Origin: a virus
Taxonomy: Duplodnaviria > Caudoviricetes
Reading direction: 5' to 3' (one strand)
Virus record (IMG/VR): IMGVR_UViG_3300028805_000041
Location: 96,001 to 160,000 of that record
DNA: 64,000 nucleotides
Under the pieces are notes generated by a model. That model was not told the DNA's origin and did not search any database. It was given only the letters and a program-made list of their open reading frames with translations. Below, piece by piece: positions 49,496 through 57,551 of this stretch (positions are counted from its first letter, which is position 1; every line of letters begins with the position of its first letter). The position numbers and the translations under genes were made by a program.

Positions 49496-49666
49496 ATGGC
49501 AGTTTTAAATTCTAATAAGATAAATGAAGCCGAACAGATAATTAATGGATTAACAGACAACAAGGTTGTTAAAAAAGTGAAGAAAGACCGCGGTCTCATG
49601 GAACGTTCGGAAGTTGAACAGAAAATAATCCTCGAAGAGGACAATAGACAGGTTATTTTTGGATAA
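49496..49666 (+). CDS. Small protein missed by ORF track (56 aa)
   Basis: MAVLNSNKINEAEQIINGLTDNKVVKKVKKDRGLMERSEVEQKIILEEDNRQVIFG; fills the gap with 4-nt spacers. Confidence 0.7.
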   Translation: MAVLNSNKINEAEQIINGLTDNKVVKKVKKDRGLMERSEVEQKIILEEDNRQVIFG

Positions 49667-49670
49667 AGAA

Positions 49671-50519
49671 ATGGTAAAGAAAGCAAACATTACAGAACAG
49701 TATAAGGAAAGATTCCGCCAAATATGTGAAATGACATCATATGCCGTCGATGGCGGTATCGAGGAAGCCGATGATCAAGCCGAAAACCAACCGGCAGACG
49801 GTGGTGGTATGCCCCCTATGGACGGAGGTGACTCTAATGGTGGTGGTATGCCTCCTATGGGTAGTGGTGATCCCAATGGCGGAGGTATGCCCCCTATGGG
49901 TGGCGGAGACCCTAACGGTGGTGATATGCCTCCTATGGGTGGCGTAGACCCTAATGGTGGCGGTGCCCAATCAGGACCTGACGGATTTGATCCTCAAGTA
50001 CAGGACCCGAATATGATGGGTGGTGATCCAAATGGTGGTATGCCTCCTATGGATGGTGGTATGCCTGAAGGACCCGCACCTGAAGATGATGTGGTTGATA
50101 TTTCTCAATTAACTGATGCTCAGGAAGAAACAAAAGACGAAGTTGAGAGTCTCGACAATAAGTTCTCCGAAATAATGAAGCACATTGGAGCATTTGAGGA
50201 ACTTCTCAGAAGAAATGATGAAAAAATTGAGGACCTTAAGGCTGAATTTGAAAAGAGAAACCCGACACAGATAGAGAAACTTGGTTTACAGACAACCAAG
50301 TCATATCCATTTAATGTGACTCCCGCAGATTTTTGGAAGGAAAAGGAAGCAACAACAAATTACAGTACCGAACCCGACAATAATGGTGTGGGACAAGGAC
50401 AGTATGTCATTACTAAGGATGACGTGAACGGTGCAGTTGATTGGAAATCCATATCTGACTCTATGGATGATGATGATTTCATCTATAATCAGACACTTGA
50501 CGGAGTATTGAAGATATAA
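49671..50519 (+). CDS. Acidic protein with GGMPPM low-complexity repeats and coiled-coil
   Basis: ATG at 49671; repeat block then coiled-coil and SYPFN...FW motif. Confidence 0.75.
   Translation: MVKKANITEQYKERFRQICEMTSYAVDGGIEEADDQAENQPADGGGMPPMDGGDSNGGGMPPMGSGDPNGGGMPPMGGGDPNGGDMPPMGGVDPNGGGAQSGPDGFDPQVQDPNMMGGDPNGGMPPMDGGMPEGPAPEDDVVDISQLTDAQEETKDEVESLDNKFSEIMKHIGAFEELLRRNDEKIEDLKAEFEKRNPTQIEKLGLQTTKSYPFNVTPADFWKEKEATTNYSTEPDNNGVGQGQYVITKDDVNGAVDWKSISDSMDDDDFIYNQTLDGVLKI
49800..49964 (+). repeat. Four 39-bp tandem coding repeats (GGGMPPMGGGDPN)
   Basis: Units at 49800, 49839, 49878, 49917; another partial copy near 50015-50066. Confidence 0.9.
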
Positions 50520-50646
50520 AGGTAAAGGGGCTTTATATATTTTTGTTATTTGTTTGGTGGGAATGGTATGGGTGGTATCATTTCCACTTTTTTTGTATAT
50601 TTGTATTATAAATAATAAACATAATTTAGTTAAAATTTAAGAAAAA

Positions 50647-51657
50647 ATGGAAGATTTGAAAAAGAAAAACATTACCATCGACGCGATGGAGGACTTTGAC
50701 AACAACAATGCTAAACCGGTTGTTAAGAACACGACATTTGATGCTAAGAACTATCTTAACGTTCGTCTTGACACTAAAAAGGGTGAATTGGAAAAGGAGA
50801 TGAAGATTCGTTTACTTCCAATTCTTGATGGTGGAAAGTATGTACCGTTCAAGGTAATCAAGATGCACAGCATTAAGGTTCCTGAAGAAATTTCCGAAAG
50901 CGGCTTCAAGAGTTACGTATGTCTTGAAAAGGTTGATGACATTGATCATGAAAAGTACGGAAACAAGTGCCCGTTCTGTGAAATGAACAGGGAGGCGTAC
51001 AAGAAGTTCACTGAAGCCGACAATAACGTAGAAAGGGAACTTTACAAGAAAATCTCTCTTGCAAATAAAGCAATTGATGTTGGTATAATCCGTTGTATTG
51101 AACGTGGTCATGAGGAAGATGGTCCAAAGTTTTGGAAATTTAATATCAGACAAGACGAGAAGGATCCGATGCATCAGATAAATAACATCTACAAGACACG
51201 TATGAGGGAGAGCATTGAGGAAGGAGACGGTGAGTTTAATGTGCTTGATCTTTATGAGGGAAAGGATTTGAAGGTCACAATAACCGCAGTGCTTGACAAG
51301 AACACGAACAAGCCAACAAACAAGACAAGTGTAAGTATCGTTGACTATGGAAAGATTAAGCCCATCTCTGAAGACGATGAACTTATAGAGAAGTGGGTTG
51401 ATGACCCAAAGGTTTGGTCTGATGTATTTGTACCAAAGACATACGATTACCTCTCTATCCTTAATGAAGGCGGTATTCCTTGGTTTGACAGGAATGCAAA
51501 CAAGTGGGTGCCAAAGAGTGTTGTAGATGAAGAGGTACAGAAACAAAAGGAAGAGACAAAGGTCAAAGCAGACGAAATGGACAAGGAAATTGAAAAAGCA
51601 AAACAGTCAGTTACTACTGTTATTGTAGAAAATAATGAAGAAGAATTACCTTTTTAA
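50647..51657 (+). CDS. Single-stranded DNA-binding protein (T4 gp32-like)
   Basis: IRLLP...PF....H...C...CPFC...FW...DL.EGKDL.VT; acidic EEELPF tail; upstream of recombinase; TATATTTG at 50596-50603. Confidence 0.8.
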   Translation: MEDLKKKNITIDAMEDFDNNNAKPVVKNTTFDAKNYLNVRLDTKKGELEKEMKIRLLPILDGGKYVPFKVIKMHSIKVPEEISESGFKSYVCLEKVDDIDHEKYGNKCPFCEMNREAYKKFTEADNNVERELYKKISLANKAIDVGIIRCIERGHEEDGPKFWKFNIRQDEKDPMHQINNIYKTRMRESIEEGDGEFNVLDLYEGKDLKVTITAVLDKNTNKPTNKTSVSIVDYGKIKPISEDDELIEKWVDDPKVWSDVFVPKTYDYLSILNEGGIPWFDRNANKWVPKSVVDEEVQKQKEETKVKADEMDKEIEKAKQSVTTVIVENNEEELPF

Positions 51658-51660
51658 AAA

Positions 51661-52842
51661 ATGCCAAAACAACCATTAAAAAAGAAAGAAGTAGGGAAGA
51701 CTTCAATCAGTGCATTTAAGTCAAGTCTCGGACTCGGAGGTAAAGACTCCGGTAATGCAGACAAGAAACTCGAGTGGCTCATAATGCCAAAGGGTTTTCA
51801 GGACGCTTTAAAGATTCCCGGATTACCGCTCGGTTATGTTACCACAATTGTCGGGCACTCAAACGTTGGTAAATCAACACTTGTAAATCATGCGGTCGTT
51901 GCTGCACAAAGGCGTGGTGATATTCCTGTAATTTATGACACGGAGAATAATTTCGACTTCACATATGCAATCAATATGGGTCTTGAAGCAGAACCTGTAT
52001 ATGGTGATATTGAAGTTGAGGTATTCAATCAGGAAACCAATGAATTTGAGACGAAAATTGAGCGCAGAATAGTAAGTTATGAAGGTGACTTCATCTATTT
52101 TAACAATGCACTACTCGCTGAACGTTACGGTAAGATGGATTATTCAACCGGTAAGGAAACAAAGGCAGCAAGAAAGACAGCCGTAATTGAAGATATTGCT
52201 GCAAGTATGAAGGAATTGCTTGATGCACAAGACAGGGGCGAAATAGACAGAGGCTTTATGTTTGTATGGGATTCAGTCGGATCAATTGGCTCATTTAAGT
52301 CATACAAATCTGCTGTAGGTAACAATATGTTTGATGCCGGTGCAATCAGTCAGGCATTTCAGGGTATTGTGAATGACAGAATTCCGCGTTCAAGAAAGGT
52401 GACTTCAGAATGCACCAATACACTCATTCTTGTCAACAAGGTATGGCTTGATTCAATGACCGCACCAATGGCACAACCATCACTTTCTTTGAAGGGTGGC
52501 AATTCAATGTATTACGCTTCGAGACTTATCATTCTTCTTGGTGGTACATTGAAGGCTGCAACAAAGAAACTTGTAGCATCATCAAAGGGTGTTAATTACA
52601 ACTATGGTATTGACACAAAAATCAAGGTACTCAAGAATCAACTTCCTGCACCTTATACGGTGACATATGAGGGAAATGTCTTGTGTACGGCTCATGGAAT
52701 GCTTGCACCGGATGAGGCTGATGATTACAAGAAGAACTACATTGGTGACATTTTGAAACAGTTGGAGGAAATTTCCAATGGTGAAGTGTCAATTAGTGAG
52801 GATGACATTGTATTCTCAACAGAGGAAAGTGAAGAAGCGTAA
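51661..52842 (+). CDS. recA: RecA/UvsX-like recombinase
   Basis: GHSNVGKST, YDTE, FVWDSVG, VNKVW, KGG..MYY, KVLKN. Confidence 0.9.
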   Translation: MPKQPLKKKEVGKTSISAFKSSLGLGGKDSGNADKKLEWLIMPKGFQDALKIPGLPLGYVTTIVGHSNVGKSTLVNHAVVAAQRRGDIPVIYDTENNFDFTYAINMGLEAEPVYGDIEVEVFNQETNEFETKIERRIVSYEGDFIYFNNALLAERYGKMDYSTGKETKAARKTAVIEDIAASMKELLDAQDRGEIDRGFMFVWDSVGSIGSFKSYKSAVGNNMFDAGAISQAFQGIVNDRIPRSRKVTSECTNTLILVNKVWLDSMTAPMAQPSLSLKGGNSMYYASRLIILLGGTLKAATKKLVASSKGVNYNYGIDTKIKVLKNQLPAPYTVTYEGNVLCTAHGMLAPDEADDYKKNYIGDILKQLEEISNGEVSISEDDIVFSTEESEEA

Positions 52843-52867
52843 CTTAAAATTTCTTTCATTGTGGATA

Positions 52868-52893
52868 AATGCAGTCAGAAATGGCTGCATTTA
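52868..52893 (+). terminator. Putative terminator hairpin
   Basis: AAATGCAGTC/GGCTGCATTT stem. Confidence 0.6.
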
Positions 52894-52934
52894 TTGTTTT
52901 TGGAAGTATTTATCTAAAAATATACTTTTGATTT

Positions 52935-53831
52935 ATGAAAAGGGTCACACAATCTGAGTTGTCACAAATGATATATGAGGCTATAGGTGAAAGTTTTTTT
53001 AATGGAGGTAATGACACCCAAAATGATGTTGTGAGTGTTAAAAATACGGAGATGTTCATCAATTACATTAAAGAAATTAATCAAGAACTATATGAATTGT
53101 ATAATTGGTTGAATGAGATTAAAAAAACAAAGAATTATGAGAAACCCCATGCATGGGGTAATAAACAAGGGGTCAACGAAAGTATAGTTAAAGAGTGTGT
53201 AAGAAGGAGTATTAGAAGATTTTTGAATGAAAGCGGCGAGATACAACTTGATCCGAATGCCATTGCTAATATGGAGACCATAATAAACAATGCCAAAAGA
53301 AATGGTGGTCAAATTAGTCAGAAAGAACAGGAAAATTTGATGAGAGACCTTCAAATAAATCAGAATTTTAATGATAGGAGCTTTAATTACCAAGAAAACT
53401 ATAAAAAAAGTCAAATAGAAAACAGAATTGGCAAATTGTTGCAGAGTATGGCATCAAAGTATGTCGAAATATATAAAGAATTAAAGAAGTATTCATCTTT
53501 AAATGAAAATTTCCTTAAAAATCTATTTAAGAATGCTTTTAATAATAGTGAATTTGGACGAAATTATAATGCATGGCAGGAAGAAAAAGCAACTAAAGAT
53601 CTTAGGGATTTAAAGAACCCCAAAGAAATTATGACACTTCTTAAAAATACGTATGAAAGGGTTTTCAGACCATTATATAATAGTGTGGTAAACGGGGCTT
53701 ATGATAATGCAATTGCTTTATCAGAGAAATTGAATAACTGCAACGAACAGATTTTAGAAAAGTTAGGAAAAATTCAAGAAACCGGAAATGAACAGACCCA
53801 ACAGCAACAAAATGGCAATCAACAACAATAA
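52935..53831 (+). CDS. Putative head/internal protein with multiple xNE motifs
   Basis: MKRVTQSELSQMIYEAIGES, VNES...FLNES, LNEN; TATTTAT at 52907-52913. Confidence 0.65.
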   Translation: MKRVTQSELSQMIYEAIGESFFNGGNDTQNDVVSVKNTEMFINYIKEINQELYELYNWLNEIKKTKNYEKPHAWGNKQGVNESIVKECVRRSIRRFLNESGEIQLDPNAIANMETIINNAKRNGGQISQKEQENLMRDLQINQNFNDRSFNYQENYKKSQIENRIGKLLQSMASKYVEIYKELKKYSSLNENFLKNLFKNAFNNSEFGRNYNAWQEEKATKDLRDLKNPKEIMTLLKNTYERVFRPLYNSVVNGAYDNAIALSEKLNNCNEQILEKLGKIQETGNEQTQQQQNGNQQQ

Positions 53832-53904
53832 TTGTTAATTCCTATTGTTGTCAGTCATTGTTTTTGATTTATTTGTATATTTGTAATATACATTTTTTAA
53901 AACG

Positions 53905-55098
53905 ATGTCACAACCCGTAAGAAAACAAATTCAAGAAACATATTCTGATATCATAAAGGAAAAACCAATATACACATTATTGGTTGACGGAAACAGCCTT
54001 CTTTTCTCATGCTTTGCTGATGATAAGATCAACAGTGAGGGTGTCCATTATGGAGGTGTGTATCAGTTCCTTCTTCAGCTGAGAATGCTTATGCAGAAGA
54101 AGGATTTCGATTATATATATGTATTTTTTGACAATGAGTATTCCGGGTGGTTAAGATGGGACATCTATAAACCATACAAGCAGAATCGAGACAAGAATTA
54201 CGAGGATTATGCCCTTTCCGAATATATGAAGGCTTGTAATGCAAAGATAAGATCAATGCAAGACTACTTCTTCAACAAGAACAAGAAGAAAGAAACCCCA
54301 AATAAGAAAACAAACAAATGGGAAGAGTTCATTGATGCCAATTTTGACAGGGAAAGGGACATTCTTTGTAGATACTTCAACGAATTGTTCATAAGATGGT
54401 ATATTGACGAAATAGTTGAGGGTGATGACCTGATATCCTATTATTGTCTGAATAAAAAACCGGAGGAAAAGATAGTGATAGTGTCATCTGATATGGATCT
54501 TTCACAACTATTGTCTGATGACATATGCATCTACAACCAAAAAAAGAAAAAATTCATTACAGATAAGAACTTTAGTGAATACTTTGGATACTATTATGAA
54601 AATACTTTGATCAAGAAGATATTTTGTGGTGATGTAAGTGACAACATTGGAAATATAAAGGGTTTGTCAGAGGAAGGTTTTGCAAAAATGATGCCCGAAT
54701 ACACCACAAAGAAGATAACAGTTGAAGATGTTAAGGAAAGAGCAAAGAAACTGATTGACGAACGTGTTTCATCAAAGAAAAAACCATTACAAGTTCACGA
54801 AAATATAGTTAATGGCGTTTCAAACAAGAAATATGATGGGGATTTTTATGACATTAACAAAAAAATCATAGATTTGAAACACCCCCTATTGACCGATGAT
54901 GCAAAGAATGAGATGGATGCGATGATGTATGCACCACAGGACCCCGATGGCAGATCATTTGAGAATTTATATGAAATGATAAACGAGGACGGTATTATCG
55001 AACTTATTGGGGCAACAAAATTCGCAAGTTTCTTCAATTTATACAAGCGCCTAACCGAAAAAGAAATTAAAAGATACAACGAAGAATACGGAAAATAA
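53905..55098 (+). CDS. 5'-3' exonuclease / T4 RNase H-like flap nuclease
   Basis: LLVDGNSL, YKQNR, EGDDLI, SSDMDL.QL, GD.SDNI..IKGL; TATATTTG at 53876-53883. Confidence 0.92.
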   Translation: MSQPVRKQIQETYSDIIKEKPIYTLLVDGNSLLFSCFADDKINSEGVHYGGVYQFLLQLRMLMQKKDFDYIYVFFDNEYSGWLRWDIYKPYKQNRDKNYEDYALSEYMKACNAKIRSMQDYFFNKNKKKETPNKKTNKWEEFIDANFDRERDILCRYFNELFIRWYIDEIVEGDDLISYYCLNKKPEEKIVIVSSDMDLSQLLSDDICIYNQKKKKFITDKNFSEYFGYYYENTLIKKIFCGDVSDNIGNIKGLSEEGFAKMMPEYTTKKITVEDVKERAKKLIDERVSSKKKPLQVHENIVNGVSNKKYDGDFYDINKKIIDLKHPLLTDDAKNEMDAMMYAPQDPDGRSFENLYEMINEDGIIELIGATKFASFFNLYKRLTEKEIKRYNEEYGK

Positions 55099-55155
55099 AA
55101 AAATGTTGTATATTTGTATTGAATTTATTGTTTAACCTTTTAAAAATATTTTTTT

Positions 55156-55980
55156 ATGACTGAAAAAACAGTTAATGAACTTCAGAGCGCAGCAAAAAAG
55201 GAGCGTTTTGAATTTGTACTTACAATTAACGGCAATATCGTTTGCCAACGTTATTTTAGGATTAATGGTTTCAATAACGAATCACTTCGTTCATTTGAAC
55301 TTGTTGAAACCATTGACAAATGTGTGTCCTTGATTGACCGAGACCTTAAGGCTAAGTCGCACATTTATCACGAATGTGCCGCACCACAGGTATTTGACAC
55401 TATTGACAGTATGAACAGGTGGGTTGAAAACCCAAGAGAGAGAAAGTTCACTATCAAGGTACCTTCGTTTGTTGTTACGAGAGATAGTGACGACACGTTT
55501 GTTTGGAATGGTGTTGGAATGGAGAAGTATGACAAGTACTTTAATAAGGCTGATTTCCTCCAACCAAGTGATGGTGAGTGTGTTTTAAAGTTCGCATTCC
55601 TTGACAGTGGTCATGAGGTCTGCTCAAAGGTATGGGACGGAGCCGTTTATCCGCGTTTTGTGAGGACTAACATCGATTTGTCCAACTCTAAGAACAAGTA
55701 TGAGGGTGGCGACCTCTTCGCACCATTTGAATCCGGTCTTATTAAGATGTTCAACGAGAGCCAAACCGACTTGATTCCTATTATTGTGAAGGAAATCTGC
55801 AACTGTTGTAGTAGTAAGGACGAATATGTCACAAGTGACACATACAACACCGTTGTTGACGGCAAGGTTACAGGAACAAAGAAGTACAACTTCGACATTT
55901 GGCTTCAAAACTATAAATTCTACAAGAAACTCGAAAGGGTATACAAACAGAAAACTGACAAGTACTTTGGTAGGGGTTAA
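55156..55980 (+). CDS. Hypothetical protein upstream of helicase
   Basis: 274-aa ORF; TATATTTG at 55109-55116. Confidence 0.7.
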   Translation: MTEKTVNELQSAAKKERFEFVLTINGNIVCQRYFRINGFNNESLRSFELVETIDKCVSLIDRDLKAKSHIYHECAAPQVFDTIDSMNRWVENPRERKFTIKVPSFVVTRDSDDTFVWNGVGMEKYDKYFNKADFLQPSDGECVLKFAFLDSGHEVCSKVWDGAVYPRFVRTNIDLSNSKNKYEGGDLFAPFESGLIKMFNESQTDLIPIIVKEICNCCSSKDEYVTSDTYNTVVDGKVTGTKKYNFDIWLQNYKFYKKLERVYKQKTDKYFGRG

Positions 55981-55992
55981 TTCTTAAAAATT

Positions 55993-57438
55993 ATGACAAA
56001 AGCAGTAAAGAAAACACTTGGTTATCTTGGTGTAGACTTTCAGTATCGTCTTGTCAATGCATTTTTTGAACGACCCAAGTTCTTCAAGGATTTGTATTCG
56101 ATAATTGACCAAAATATGTTCACTGAAACATATTTGAAGACAATTGTCGGTATAATGAAGGAATATTATGCCAAATATGAGTCGGTTCCGTCATATGATA
56201 TGCTAAAGATCAAGATAAATGAAATAGCATTCAATGATGATGACGCTCAATTCTATAACGAAACCCTCGAAAAACTCAAGGATACCACAACTGAAGGTAT
56301 TGATGAGGTCGAAGATATGGCTGAAAAGTTTTTCAAACAACAGAATTGGGTTAGGGTCGCTAACGAGATAATTAAAATCGCAGGTTACGGCGACATGTCC
56401 AAATATGATGATTGTCAAAAACTTATGGAAGATGCAATGTCAGTTGGACGCCACAATGACGATGATATGACATCACCGCTCGATTCTGTAGAGGACGACC
56501 TTTCTGAAGAATCACATGTCTCTATACCAACAGGTATATCCAAATTGGATGAAACGCTTGGTGGCGGTCTTGATAAAGGCAAACTCGGACTTATAATCGG
56601 TCCAAGTGGTTTCGGAAAGACATCAATGACAACGGGACTTGCAGCATATGCAGCCACATACGCTTGTGAACAGAATGACTTTAAGGGGTATAAGGTACTT
56701 CAGATTGTCTTTGAGGATACGCAGAGGGATATCCATAGAAAATATTTCTCAAGACTGACACAAATCGAAACCTGTAGAATCAATGAGACCCCCGAGACCA
56801 CCGCAATGGTTAGGGCAATTCTTGATACACACCCAGACAGGGATAAAATCAAGAACAATATCAGGATTATGCGTCTTAAATCAGGTGTATTTTCGGCAAG
56901 CGATATACGTGGAAAGATTAAAAAACTCATAAATGAGGGTTTCAAGCCTGATATGGTAATCATTGACTACTTTGAATGTGTCGATGCGGAAAGAGGCACC
57001 AAGACACTTACAAAGTGGGAACAGGAGGCGAAGACAATGCGTTGTTTTGAGAATGATGCGGCAGAATTGGATATTGCACTGTGGATTCCTGTACAAGGAA
57101 ACAGAGATAGTATTTCAGCAGAACTTGTGACTATGGATAAAGCCGGTGGCGCAATCCAAAAAGTACAAATTGCACAGGTCATACTCAGTATCACAAGAAG
57201 TGTTGAGGACACCAAGAATCAGAAAGCAACCCTGTCCGTTTTGAAGAATAGAAGCGGTGCTGCGGGTATAGTGCTGAATGGCATTAAGTTCAACAACGGA
57301 ACCTGTACTATCAGTTGCGACGAGGTAATTGAATTTGATGATGCCCTATCTTATGACAATTATGTGGAAGACTTTGAAAATAAGGCAGTTAATGCCGCAA
57401 AGAAGTCAATTATCGCAACAATTAACGGGTCAAAATAA
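55993..57438 (+). CDS. dnaB: Replicative DnaB/gp41-like helicase
   Basis: IPTGI..LD..LGGGL, GPSGFGKT, VIIDY, QGNR, LKNR.G. Confidence 0.92.
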   Translation: MTKAVKKTLGYLGVDFQYRLVNAFFERPKFFKDLYSIIDQNMFTETYLKTIVGIMKEYYAKYESVPSYDMLKIKINEIAFNDDDAQFYNETLEKLKDTTTEGIDEVEDMAEKFFKQQNWVRVANEIIKIAGYGDMSKYDDCQKLMEDAMSVGRHNDDDMTSPLDSVEDDLSEESHVSIPTGISKLDETLGGGLDKGKLGLIIGPSGFGKTSMTTGLAAYAATYACEQNDFKGYKVLQIVFEDTQRDIHRKYFSRLTQIETCRINETPETTAMVRAILDTHPDRDKIKNNIRIMRLKSGVFSASDIRGKIKKLINEGFKPDMVIIDYFECVDAERGTKTLTKWEQEAKTMRCFENDAAELDIALWIPVQGNRDSISAELVTMDKAGGAIQKVQIAQVILSITRSVEDTKNQKATLSVLKNRSGAAGIVLNGIKFNNGTCTISCDEVIEFDDALSYDNYVEDFENKAVNAAKKSIIATINGSK

Positions 57439-57551
57439 TGTAAGTATAAAGGTATCAGTTTGTTATCTAAAAAGGTAAAAATTTGATGCCTTTTTTATTG
57501 AAAATATAAGCTTAGTTAGGTATATATTATTATATAAAAATAATAGAATGT

